DNA of 64,000 nt. Origin: Candidatus Algichlamydia australiensis (lineage in GTDB: Bacteria; Chlamydiota; Chlamydiia; Chlamydiales; JAJFMI01). Every line of letters starts with the position of its first letter. Within the stretch, counting starts at the first letter, position 1. Below the pieces are notes generated by a model, which ran no database searches, had not been told where the DNA came from, and was given only the letters and a program-made list of their open reading frames with translations. The stretch lies in assembly GCA_033977065.1 (NCBI GenBank), contig JAXCHI010000002.1, positions 288,001 through 352,000 of the forward strand, given 5' to 3'. Position numbers and translations under genes: made by a program. Shown one piece after another: positions 18,958 through 28,368 of this stretch.

Positions 18958-20178
18958 ATGCTCATTACAATTTTAGTTCTACTTATCGTACTTTCAGGAT
19001 TTTTATCAGGTTCTGAGACCTCGCTTTTTTCTCTTTCGTCGATGCATATCAAAAGTTTTGGAAGCAGTAAAAAGAGAGGTGAGCAGGTGGCAGCAAGGCT
19101 TCTCAAATCCCCTCGCAAGCTCCTTGTAACGATTTTGATGCTCAATGTTGTCATGAACATCTTAGTGCAAAACGTGGTCTCCTCTATTTTTGGAGTTGAT
19201 GGTGGCTTTGTTCAAACTGTCGGGATTCCCCTTGCCCTCACCTTAATTTTCGGTGAGGTTATTCCCAAATCGATTGCGCTTCCTAATAATCGCAAAGTGG
19301 CACCAAAAGTAGCACCTATAATTCAATTTTTCGAGAAAATCTTTGCTTATCCTCGTGATCTTGTCACAAAAATTTGCAATTGGATCTCTCATCACTTCTA
19401 CTTTTTTTTACGACCCGAAGAGGAGATCTCTGTACGAGAATTAAAACACGCTTTGAAAACCTCTAAAGAGTACGGGATTTTGAATCTTGATGAAGCAAAA
19501 CTTTTAGGGGGATATCTCAATCTGGAAGAGGACCTTGTAAAGGAGTTAATGCGGCCTCGCGGAGAAATTCTCTATTATAATGTTCAGGACTCTTTAGATT
19601 CCCTTTTAAAACTATTTCGAGAAAAAGAGATCACACGTGTACCCGTTGTAGAGGGGGATCTTAACCAAATTAAAGGAATTATCTCTTCCTATGCGTTTTT
19701 AGAAAACCAGGAAAAAATTAAAAAACCTGTAGATCTCTATCCATTTTTACAAGCTCCGCTCTTTGTCCCTGAATCTGTTCCTGCTTCGCATCTGATTCAA
19801 GAACTTACAGAAAAACGGCTAGGCCTTGCGGTTGATGAGTTTGGTGCGGTTGCGGGCCTCATTACTTTTGAAGATCTAGTTGAAGTTGTAATTGGGCAAA
19901 TTGAGGATCCACATGATGAGGGCACGCTCTTCACCAAAGCAAAGGAGGATATTATCATCGCCAGTGGAAAGCTAGAGCTTTCAACATTGGAAGAGATTTT
20001 TGGAGTTGAACTGATTAGCCCTTCAAGTATGGCCACGATTAGTGGTTATCTTATTGAGATGATGGGAGATATTCCCAAGCCGGGACAAAAATTTGTGGAG
20101 AAGGGGCTGCTTTTTCACGTCTTAGCAGCAGATGAGAAACGTATCCGCCGCATATATATCAGAAAGGTTTCGCAATGA
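18958..20178 (+). CDS. Hemolysin/CNNM-CBS-CorC family protein (TlyC-like)
   Basis: SGFLSGSETSLFSL, IFGEVIPK, VDEFGAVAGLITFEDLVE. Confidence 0.9.
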   Translation: MLITILVLLIVLSGFLSGSETSLFSLSSMHIKSFGSSKKRGEQVAARLLKSPRKLLVTILMLNVVMNILVQNVVSSIFGVDGGFVQTVGIPLALTLIFGEVIPKSIALPNNRKVAPKVAPIIQFFEKIFAYPRDLVTKICNWISHHFYFFLRPEEEISVRELKHALKTSKEYGILNLDEAKLLGGYLNLEEDLVKELMRPRGEILYYNVQDSLDSLLKLFREKEITRVPVVEGDLNQIKGIISSYAFLENQEKIKKPVDLYPFLQAPLFVPESVPASHLIQELTEKRLGLAVDEFGAVAGLITFEDLVEVVIGQIEDPHDEGTLFTKAKEDIIIASGKLELSTLEEIFGVELISPSSMATISGYLIEMMGDIPKPGQKFVEKGLLFHVLAADEKRIRRIYIRKVSQ

Positions 20179-21383
20179 CTGGCAGTTGGCATTTCTTTTT
20201 AGTTCTCGTGATTCTCTCTATTCTTGTGCACAGCTTTTTCTCTATGATGGAGATGGCGTGCGTCTCCTTTCACAAAGTGCGCCTACACTACTTTGCTGAC
20301 CGCGGGAAACGACGCGCTGTGTGGCTCAGTAAACTCTTAAAAAATCCTACCTATCTTTTTGGAACTACCCTCATCGGTTTAAACGTCGCACTGCAATTTG
20401 GCTCAGAGTGTTCACGCCGTTTTTATGGCAGTATCGGTCTTTCACCCGATCTTGCCCCCATAACCCAAATTCTTCTTGTGCTCATTTTTGCTGAACTCTC
20501 TCCTATGTTTGCTGCTAGGCGTTTTCCTGAACATGTTGCGATGTTAGGTATAGGTGTGATCTATATCTGCTCACGCATCATGGCTCCGCTGATCTGGCTC
20601 TTAAACATTATCTGTCGCTTTGTACAAATTGTTTTGCGCTTGCCAAAATCTCCTCCAGAGTTTTTAACCCGTGATGAGCTGCAGCGCGCTCTAGAAGAGA
20701 GAGAAGAGCGAGGTGAATCTCAGGAAGAATTTGAGACAGTCTCTACAAACGTATTTGCCCTAAAGACAAAGAGTGTAGCCAATCTCATGGAGCCGCTGAA
20801 AGCATTCCCTGTTCTCCCTTTACAAACTACGCTACTGGATGCTAAAAATATCGTAGGCTCCTCCTTTTTTCTTGCATCGGGGAATGGTACAAAAGATATC
20901 ATCGGTGTGGGATATCCCCGCCATCTCCTTCATCATGATCCGATGGTTGCCCTTAAAGAAATTGTCATTACCCCCTGGTTTGTCACACATGACACCTCTG
21001 TATTTTCTATTATTAAAGAATTTCGGGTGAACAAACAGGCCCTAGCAGTTGTTGTAGGCGAGATAGGAGAGCCAGTTGGGGTGCTCACCTTAGAAGCGAT
21101 TGTAGAAGAAATTTTTCAAAATGGAAATTACAAGAAGCGTCCTAAACTCAAAAGCCAGCTCGATCGCACATTTCCAGGAAATACGCAACTTGAAGAGATT
21201 AGTAAAAATTATAATGTTGCTTTAGATGGCTCCAATGCAAAAACATTAGATGAGCTTATGCATGAAATTTTGGGCCACCACCCCACGAAAGGGGAAGTAG
21301 CCCATTATGGGTACTTTGAGCTGCGAGTGGAAGAGGCTCCTTTAGTGGGAGAGCTTCAGATTCGCATCACTACCCAGTTCTAA
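20175..21383 (+). CDS. Second CNNM/CBS domain protein (CT257-like)
   Basis: SFFSMMEMACVSF, LIFAELSPMFAARR, GVLTLEAIVEEIF. Confidence 0.85.
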   Translation: MTGSWHFFLVLVILSILVHSFFSMMEMACVSFHKVRLHYFADRGKRRAVWLSKLLKNPTYLFGTTLIGLNVALQFGSECSRRFYGSIGLSPDLAPITQILLVLIFAELSPMFAARRFPEHVAMLGIGVIYICSRIMAPLIWLLNIICRFVQIVLRLPKSPPEFLTRDELQRALEEREERGESQEEFETVSTNVFALKTKSVANLMEPLKAFPVLPLQTTLLDAKNIVGSSFFLASGNGTKDIIGVGYPRHLLHHDPMVALKEIVITPWFVTHDTSVFSIIKEFRVNKQALAVVVGEIGEPVGVLTLEAIVEEIFQNGNYKKRPKLKSQLDRTFPGNTQLEEISKNYNVALDGSNAKTLDELMHEILGHHPTKGEVAHYGYFELRVEEAPLVGELQIRITTQF

Positions 21384-21457
21384 AAAAAATTTGGCTTTTG
21401 TTTTATTGAAATTTCTTATACACTTCTTTGTAGTTCACTCAAGTCCCTTTATAAGTT

Positions 21458-22837
21458 ATGAAAAAAAAACCGACTCTAAATCTCTTCTTTTTGGTCATGA
21501 TTAATGTGGCCACAGTATTAAATATTCGAAATTGGCAAGTGATTGCTGAGTATGGCACAGCCTCGCTCACACTCCTGCTCCTATCTGTGATTATATTTTT
21601 TATTCCTGTAGCACTTATTTCAGCAGAGCTCGCAACAGGCTGGCCTAATCGCGGGGGGATTTTTGGATGGATCAAGCAGGCGATGGGGGAGAAGATGGGA
21701 CTTCTTGCGACCTGGCTTCTCTGGATTTCCAACGTTGTTTGGTATCCCACAATGCTAACCTTTACTGCAGCAACCTTCGCCTACGTCTTCAATCCACTTC
21801 TCTCTGAAAATACTTTTTATACCCTTGCTGTTGTCCTTGGAACAATCTGGGCAACAATCTTATTAAACTTGCGAGGCATGAAAGCGACCGGCTGGATTAC
21901 CACCATTGGTAGCATTCTCGGAACCTTTATTCCGGCCCTGCTCATTATCGGTTTTGGCATTTTCTGGTTTGCCACAGGACGAGAATCTTCTCTTGACTTA
22001 ACAGTAAGTGGCCTCGTCCCAAAAATTCAAGGCGTTGGCGGTCTTGTCTTTTTCATCGGTATTTTGCTTGGTTTCGCTGGTATTGAGATCACAGCTGTTT
22101 ATGCGAATGAAGTGAAAAATCCGCAAAAAGATTACCCCAAAGCGCTTTTCTATTCCGGCCTTGCCATTGTTGGCGTAACTCTTTTGGGTACACTTGCCAT
22201 TGGCATCGTCACGCCTAAAGGGGAAATCAACATTGTTACAGCCTCCATGCAGGCGATTGCCTATTTTTCCACATCGATCAACATGCCGTGGCTTGTTCCA
22301 CTTCTTGCCATTCTTGTAACCATCGGTGCCCTTGGAAATATAACCGCGTGGCTTGTCGGTCCAAATCAAGGACTTCTTACAGCTCTTCAAGAGACAAAAA
22401 AAATGCCCTTTCTAGCTCAGGTTAATAAGTACAATATGCCTCGAAATATGATGTTTGTGCAGGGGGGAATTATCTCCCTTCTCGCATCCATACTTCTTTG
22501 CATGCCAAAAGTCTCCTCCGCTTTTTGGATCTTAACAGCGCTCGCAACACAGCTCTACTTGATCATGTACATGATGCTCTTTCTATCCTTTATGATTTTG
22601 CGTAAGAGATCCCCTGACACGCATCGCCCATTCCAGGTGCCTGGAGGAAAAGCAGGTATGTGGTCGATCGGCGGTATTAGTCTCTTAGGAGCTTTTGCCT
22701 CCATTCTTCTGGGGTTTGTTCCACCAGAGAGCATTGAAACTGGAAATATATTTTTCTACGAGGGGTTTATGATTTTTGGGATAGTTCTTTTAGCTTCTGT
22801 TCCTCTCATACAACGCAAGCGTAGCTCTGTTGATTAA
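21458..22837 (+). CDS. APC-family amino acid permease (GadC/YjeM-like)
   Basis: About 12 TM; ALISAELATGWP, FAGIE, NPQKDYPKA, RPFQVPGG. Confidence 0.9.
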   Translation: MKKKPTLNLFFLVMINVATVLNIRNWQVIAEYGTASLTLLLLSVIIFFIPVALISAELATGWPNRGGIFGWIKQAMGEKMGLLATWLLWISNVVWYPTMLTFTAATFAYVFNPLLSENTFYTLAVVLGTIWATILLNLRGMKATGWITTIGSILGTFIPALLIIGFGIFWFATGRESSLDLTVSGLVPKIQGVGGLVFFIGILLGFAGIEITAVYANEVKNPQKDYPKALFYSGLAIVGVTLLGTLAIGIVTPKGEINIVTASMQAIAYFSTSINMPWLVPLLAILVTIGALGNITAWLVGPNQGLLTALQETKKMPFLAQVNKYNMPRNMMFVQGGIISLLASILLCMPKVSSAFWILTALATQLYLIMYMMLFLSFMILRKRSPDTHRPFQVPGGKAGMWSIGGISLLGAFASILLGFVPPESIETGNIFFYEGFMIFGIVLLASVPLIQRKRSSVD

Positions 22838-22878
22838 AATTTATTTTTGAAAAAATTTAACAAAGCTTTGTTTTAAGT

Positions 22879-23049
22879 CTCAGTACTGGACAAAAATTTT
22901 GCCAAGGGGAGCAAAGTGAACCAAAATCAAATCGAAGCAGTTGCGGTTCGAGCGACGAATCCATAGCCCATAGAGCTATGGATGAGGAGGAGAATCGATT
23001 TGATGAAGGTGCAGCTCTTCCATTGGGGAAATTTTTGTCCAGTACTGAG
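22879..23049. mobile_element. Palindromic MITE, family D copy 1 (171 bp)
   Basis: CTCAGTACTGGACAAAAATTT...AAATTTTTGTCCAGTACTGAG; flanks GTTTTAAGT / GTTTTAAGC (8 of 9 match). Confidence 0.88.
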
Positions 23050-23115
23050 GTTTTAAGCTCGAAAATTGATTTTAAGTAAGCTATTATAAGGCAGTATAAG
23101 TGAAGGATAGGGAAC

Positions 23116-24732
23116 ATGAAAAAACTGCCCATAGGAATTCAAAACATAAAAAAAGTCTTGGGTGAAGAAGATTACCTATATGTTGATAAAACAGGCTTTA
23201 TTAAAAAATTAATTGACAGTGGAATTCCTCACTATTTCATGTCGCGTCCCCGAAGATTTGGTAAGTCACTTTTTCTCAATACCCTAAAAGAAATTTTTAA
23301 AGGGAATAAAGAGCTCTTCAAAGACCTTGAAATATATAAGAGTGACTATAACTGGTTGGAATATCCAGTCTTGCATTTTGATTTTGCTCGCATTAAAAGC
23401 CGCAATGGCCTTGATTTTGAGAGTGCATTAAAAAGAAAATTGGAGCAAATAGCTACATCTATTGGTATTTCTTCAAATATTTTTACTGTGCAAGAAGGAC
23501 TGGAAGCAATTATCACCAATTTAGCAAAAAGAGAACGAGTAGTAGTTTTAGTCGATGAATATGATAGTGCTATTATTAATAATCTTAGACAACCAGAAAT
23601 TGCCGAGAACAATCGAGACCTTTTAAGAGACTTCTTTGCTACTTTGAAAAGTCTAGACGAATATATTAAGTTTACTTTTGTCACAGGAATAAGTAAGTTT
23701 TCCCAAGTATCTCTTTTTTCAGGACCGAACAATCTAAAAGATATCACGATGGATTCAAGATACTCTGGGATGATGGGCTATACTGAAGACGAACTCAAAA
23801 GCTATTTTTCTCAGCACATTCAGTCAATTATTGAGCATCGAGAAAAAGAGGGGTACAGTGTTACTGAAGACACTATATTGGAGGAGGTACGTGTTTGGTA
23901 CAATGGCTATAGATTTTCTCGTGCAGAAGTGTGTGTTTATAATCCCTTTTCCACACTCAATTATATGGATGAAAAAGAGACAAAAACTTACTGGTATAGC
24001 TCTGGAACACCCTCGTTCCTAATTGACCAGGTAAATAGCTCTCCGCAATCCATTATTCCTTTAAGAGGGATGTCTGCAATAGAGAGTACACTCTCAGATA
24101 TCAGCAGGGTAGATAGAATCAACCTTGCTGCGCTTATGTTTCAGGCAGGGTACTTAACAATTAAAGGGTACAACCCTGAAGAGAGCTCTTATCAACTAGA
24201 TTTTCCAAATAAGGAAGTTAAAGATGCCTTTTTTAACTCTCTTTTGGAAGAATTTACGGAAATCGATCCCATTGAAATTAGCCGCAGCGCTCTAGAAGTT
24301 AAGAAAAGCTTAGAAAACTTGGATATCTTCTTGTTTATAAATACAGTGAATGCCCATTTTGCTAAGATGCCCTACCATGTTTTTGGGCGCGCAAAAGAAG
24401 GGTTTTATCAAGCGGTTTTCTTTACGTTCTTAGAAACAGCAGGTATTAAAACAAGCTCTGAAATAGCGACTAATATTGGGCGTATTGATCTGATGACAGA
24501 GACAGCTGAAGCAATCTGTATTTTTGAGCTCAAACTTGATAAAACTGCGGAGATTGCTTTAACCCAAACAGAAACAAAGAAGTATAAAGAGCGATTTGTC
24601 CAGAGCGAAAAAAACACATTTGTAGTGGGAGTTAACTTCTCTTCTAAGACTCGTAATATTAACGATTGGGAAGGAAAACTTTATTCAGCCTCAGGCCTAC
24701 TCGTAAAAGAGTTCTCTGCGAAAAATAGCTAA
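23116..24732 (+). CDS. AAA-ATPase-like domain + C-terminal PD-(D/E)XK nuclease protein
   Basis: MKKLPIGIQ, YVDKT, SRPRRFGKSL, VLVDEYD, WYNGY, YNPFS, GRIDL...IFELK. Confidence 0.92.
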   Translation: MKKLPIGIQNIKKVLGEEDYLYVDKTGFIKKLIDSGIPHYFMSRPRRFGKSLFLNTLKEIFKGNKELFKDLEIYKSDYNWLEYPVLHFDFARIKSRNGLDFESALKRKLEQIATSIGISSNIFTVQEGLEAIITNLAKRERVVVLVDEYDSAIINNLRQPEIAENNRDLLRDFFATLKSLDEYIKFTFVTGISKFSQVSLFSGPNNLKDITMDSRYSGMMGYTEDELKSYFSQHIQSIIEHREKEGYSVTEDTILEEVRVWYNGYRFSRAEVCVYNPFSTLNYMDEKETKTYWYSSGTPSFLIDQVNSSPQSIIPLRGMSAIESTLSDISRVDRINLAALMFQAGYLTIKGYNPEESSYQLDFPNKEVKDAFFNSLLEEFTEIDPIEISRSALEVKKSLENLDIFLFINTVNAHFAKMPYHVFGRAKEGFYQAVFFTFLETAGIKTSSEIATNIGRIDLMTETAEAICIFELKLDKTAEIALTQTETKKYKERFVQSEKNTFVVGVNFSSKTRNINDWEGKLYSASGLLVKEFSAKNS

Positions 24733-25805
24733 GTTTTTTGATACGGACTACAGGTTGTTTTTGTAATCAATTGATCAATCTCAGTTTCCGTCGTCAGACG
24801 ACTAAAAGATATGCGTAGAGAGCTGCGCACGCGTTCAAGGGGATAGCCCATTTCAAGCAGTATACGGGAGGGTTCTAGGCTGCCGGCTGTGCAGGCAGAG
24901 CCGTGTGAGACGGCGATGCCTTGGCGATCGAGTAGGATAAGGAGTTCTTCTGCAAGTATTCCTGGAAAGGCAATGTTAGAAACATTGGCTACTCGCGGTC
25001 CCTCTCCATTGACGTCTGGTAGCGCAGATTCAAGGCGTTTTTGCAGATTGCGCATGTGAAGAATTGATTGGTCATTAAGAAGCTCAACAGCTTTTGTAAG
25101 ACCTACGATCCCTAAAAGATTTTCTGTTCCTGGGCGAAAGCCGCGCTCTTGAAATCCTCCAGAAAAGAGAGAGCGAATTTTATGGCCTTTGCGAAGAAAG
25201 GCGAAACCTGTTCCTGTTGGGCCGTGAATTTTGTGACCTGAGAAGCCGATTGCAGCTACCCCGTCCGGAAGAGAGAATGGAGCTTTTCCAAACCAAGCGA
25301 CTCCATCGATAACAAGGGGAATAGCGTAATTTTGTGCAATTTTTGCAATAGCTTCTAAATCAAGTAAGACTCCGGTTTCATGGTTTGCTGCAGATAAAAC
25401 GATGAGTCCAGTGCTGGGAGTGATGGCGGATTCTAAAGATTGCGCAGTAGGAGCTCCCCAAGTTGTGACAGGAAGATAGTCGACCTGCTTATAACGTTTG
25501 AGGGCTTCAAAAACACAAGAGTGTTCAATTTTACTTGAGATAATACGGGGTCGATCAGGGTTGTAGAGACCGTGAATCAAAAGATTCATTGATTCAGTTC
25601 CACCGGAAGTAAAGAGGATTTCTTCATCTTTGCACTTAAGCGAGCTCGCAATGCGGGCGCGACACTCTGTTAAAAGTTTTTTTGCAGAGCGTCCGTACCC
25701 ATGCACACTGGAAGGATTGGCTAGAAATCCTTTCATTACCTCGTGCATCGCATGAGCGACTTTTGGGTCGAGGGGAGTAGTAGCGTTATTGTCTAGATAG
25801 CTCAC
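24729..25805 (-). CDS. Cysteine desulfurase (NifS/IscS family)
   Basis: YLDNNATT, FTSGGTES, SGHKIHGP, SHGSAC. Confidence 0.93.
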   Translation of the reverse strand: MSYLDNNATTPLDPKVAHAMHEVMKGFLANPSSVHGYGRSAKKLLTECRARIASSLKCKDEEILFTSGGTESMNLLIHGLYNPDRPRIISSKIEHSCVFEALKRYKQVDYLPVTTWGAPTAQSLESAITPSTGLIVLSAANHETGVLLDLEAIAKIAQNYAIPLVIDGVAWFGKAPFSLPDGVAAIGFSGHKIHGPTGTGFAFLRKGHKIRSLFSGGFQERGFRPGTENLLGIVGLTKAVELLNDQSILHMRNLQKRLESALPDVNGEGPRVANVSNIAFPGILAEELLILLDRQGIAVSHGSACTAGSLEPSRILLEMGYPLERVRSSLRISFSRLTTETEIDQLITKTTCSPYQKT

Positions 25806-26520
25806 GAATATGGTTTATTTGAATAATGATAATAGTAATATTATCATTACCACCCTTTTCTTTCGCGGATAAAATTAAATTTTTACACTTTTCTTCGGGA
25901 GAAAGGTTTGAGCCTAAAACTATAGAAATTTCTTCATTTTTAACTTCTCGAGTCAGTCCATCAGAGCAGATTAAGTATTGGTCATTTTCTCTAACAGGAA
26001 AGCTCTTTACGTCGGGAAAGAGGGTAGGACTAGGTCCGATGGCTCGTGTTAAAACCATTTTAGCTTTATTGGTTTTTGACGCACGCAAATGGTCACTTGT
26101 TAATCTTGAAAGCTCACCATCGCGAAAGCGATACAGTCTGCTATCTCCAACATGTCCCATAAAAATAAAGCGGTCGTAGAAGAGACAACTTGTGAGTGTA
26201 GAGCCCATCCCATTAAAGTGGGGGAAGCGCAGGCTCATTTCGTGCACACGCTCGTTCGTGTGAACATAAAGTTGTTGCAGGAGCGCGCACAGCTCTTCGC
26301 GCTTCCAATTTTTAGGAAGCAGAGTACGGCGCACCGATCCGAGAAAGTAATTAACGGCCTCTTTTGCTGCTATTTCACCAGCGTTGTGACCACCCATGCC
26401 GTCTGCTAGAACGTATAAATTATGGGAGGAGAGTGCACCGAAAAAGTCTTCGTTGTTTTTTCTTACGCAACCTTTGTCTGTTGCACCGTGGTATAAAATA
26501 TCCACTTCGTGGCCGATCAT
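25786..26520 (-). CDS. PP2C-family Ser/Thr phosphatase
   Basis: RKNNED, LADGMGGH, HVGDSRLY, CSDGL, GGNDNIT. Confidence 0.95.
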   Translation of the reverse strand: MIGHEVDILYHGATDKGCVRKNNEDFFGALSSHNLYVLADGMGGHNAGEIAAKEAVNYFLGSVRRTLLPKNWKREELCALLQQLYVHTNERVHEMSLRFPHFNGMGSTLTSCLFYDRFIFMGHVGDSRLYRFRDGELSRLTSDHLRASKTNKAKMVLTRAIGPSPTLFPDVKSFPVRENDQYLICSDGLTREVKNEEISIVLGSNLSPEEKCKNLILSAKEKGGNDNITIIIIQINHIRELSRQ

Positions 26521-26588
26521 GAGGACAGTATATTTGGTGTTTCGTTAACTTACAAGAACGAAGGTAAATAAAAGTTAGCAGGTTTTTT

Positions 26589-26810
26589 GGGTCGGGCTAC
26601 GCCCCGCACCCTTCGGCTTTTTTTCGCTTCGCCAAATTGTACTTCATTCGTCGCGCCGTACGCAGTACTGCCACGCCGTCTGAATTCCAATTTTGCTTTG
26701 CGATAACAACCCGTTGTTGCGCTCCGCGCTTCAATACAATATTCCTAGTGCGCGGAGCGGCCTAGAGGCACCAGCAGCCAGGGCAGTGTAGATGACACGG
26801 CGTGGCTGCA
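26589..26810. repeat. GC-rich multi-hairpin intergenic element (REP-like or ncRNA candidate)
   Basis: GGGTCGGG/CCCGCACCC; long imperfect stem ~26624-26703; CGCTCCGCGC/GCGCGGAGCG; GCCACGCCGT (26670) complementary to ACGGCGTGGC (26797). Confidence 0.55.
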
Positions 26811-26848
26811 GTTTTTTGATTTGGCGCAGCCAGATAGAGACGAACTAA

Positions 26849-27700
26849 TCAACTATTCCCTGCTTGGATGAGCAACCATGTGGTGGTTGCTGCATTGAAG
26901 AGAATGTGGAGCGAAAGGGGAGCAAAGAGCGAACGCTGCCTCTCGTAAATAAACCCAAGAAAGAGTCCAAGGCCAAAAAGTACTGGGAGGAGAATAAAGT
27001 TAGCCACCTCCTGCTGTATGGAAAAGTGGAGCAGAGAGAAGCCCAGAGAGGAGAGGAGAATAGCGGATTTTGTGCCCAATTTTTTGCGTAGATAGCTTTG
27101 TAGTAAAAGGCGAAAAAGAAACTCTTCCACAAAGGGACCAATGAAGATGATGATCAGCACCATTGGAATGAGAAGATGAGGGTGGCCAATCATCTCTTTT
27201 AAAACCCGTACGGCAATCTGCTCAGGTCCTAGAGTACCGAAGATAGTGAGGACAAGGGCTGCTAAGGTTTGACTTAAGAAAAATATAAGGGGGAGAGAGA
27301 TCAGATAGGTAAGTAGGCCGATTGTAATATCATAGCCAGGGCTGGAACTGTTTTGATCTTTAAAGAGGTGTTTAATTGAATTTTTTTTACAAAATTTAAA
27401 GTAGAAAAAGAAGAGAAGGGGAATGAGGAGAAAGGCGAGGAAGTTCACATAAGCAAGAAGTTCAATAAGAGATGTAGTCGTCGCCTTATACTTCAAAACT
27501 ATAAGAGGAGAGAGGAGAGTTGTGCTGCCGAAATAGATGAAAAAGCCAATGGCAATGTCATACCAATAAAGAGGTACTTGCTCTGACCAATTTTGCGTGA
27601 TAGAAAAGTAGCCTTTTCGTTTTGCATAGTACAAAACAAGGAAAGCGATCAGTCCAAGAAGAAGGATCCCGCGAAGGGGGAGGAGCTCTTGTGGAGTCAT
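26849..27700 (-). CDS. CPBP/CAAX-family intramembrane metalloprotease (CT254-like)
   Basis: GPFVEEFLFR, FSLLH, LHILFN; multiple TM. Confidence 0.92.
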   Translation of the reverse strand: MTPQELLPLRGILLLGLIAFLVLYYAKRKGYFSITQNWSEQVPLYWYDIAIGFFIYFGSTTLLSPLIVLKYKATTTSLIELLAYVNFLAFLLIPLLFFFYFKFCKKNSIKHLFKDQNSSSPGYDITIGLLTYLISLPLIFFLSQTLAALVLTIFGTLGPEQIAVRVLKEMIGHPHLLIPMVLIIIFIGPFVEEFLFRLLLQSYLRKKLGTKSAILLSSLGFSLLHFSIQQEVANFILLPVLFGLGLFLGFIYERQRSLFAPLSLHILFNAATTTWLLIQAGNS

Positions 27701-28359
27701 CGGCTCTTTGCGAGTAAAATATATTCTTCTAAACGCTTTGTGATAGCGCGAGAAAACTGTGCATGCGCTAAACCAAAAGGTGTCACATGAAAGCTATATT
27801 TACCCCAGCCGCTTCGCGTGTAATCGACATTGGAGAGCCACTTTGGTATGTGATGCTTACGCTGAATAAGCTCTTGGAGAACGACCTCGGGCTCTTCACC
27901 TCGCAAGTCAATGATGCGCAAGCGCATTGTAAGCAAGAGTTCATGGGCTGTGCTCTTTTCGTTCTCCTCTTCAAAGTTTTCTTCCTTAAAGATGGGGGTC
28001 ATTTCATGGTCTACAAGTTCCATAAACACGACAAACTCATTCCCAGTAAAAGTCTCTTTTGCCCAAGTATACTCATTGCTAAAAGGTTGGTGACGCTCAT
28101 CAAGGTTCACAGTGAGTTTTGCTACCTCTTCATCCGAAATTAAGAAAACTTTCGACCGTTTGGAGAGCTTGTCTTCGATCGATTTGGTAAATTCGTCAGT
28201 GAGACTCCAGGGTAATTTCGCGTCGCTATGATCAAATACAGGAACAAGAGCAACAATAGGTTTGGCTCTGCCATCTACGTGAAAACGGCTGGAAACATCT
28301 CCACCACTACGGTAACAAGCAGTGAGTAAAAATAGAGAGAGAAACAAAAACTTTTTCAT
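27697..28359 (-). CDS. Chlamydial lipoprotein (CT253-like)
   Basis: Lipobox LTAC; KPIVALVPVF, TPFGLAH; adjacent to the CAAX protease. Confidence 0.75.
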   Translation of the reverse strand: MKKFLFLSLFLLTACYRSGGDVSSRFHVDGRAKPIVALVPVFDHSDAKLPWSLTDEFTKSIEDKLSKRSKVFLISDEEVAKLTVNLDERHQPFSNEYTWAKETFTGNEFVVFMELVDHEMTPIFKEENFEEENEKSTAHELLLTMRLRIIDLRGEEPEVVLQELIQRKHHIPKWLSNVDYTRSGWGKYSFHVTPFGLAHAQFSRAITKRLEEYILLAKSR

Positions 28360-28368
28360 AATCCCACA

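Noticed and set aside
22857..23132. 91-aa ORF, and its counterpart 49346-49753, as protein genes
   Set aside because: Their similarity is fully explained by the family D element; the second also runs antisense into yhcG.
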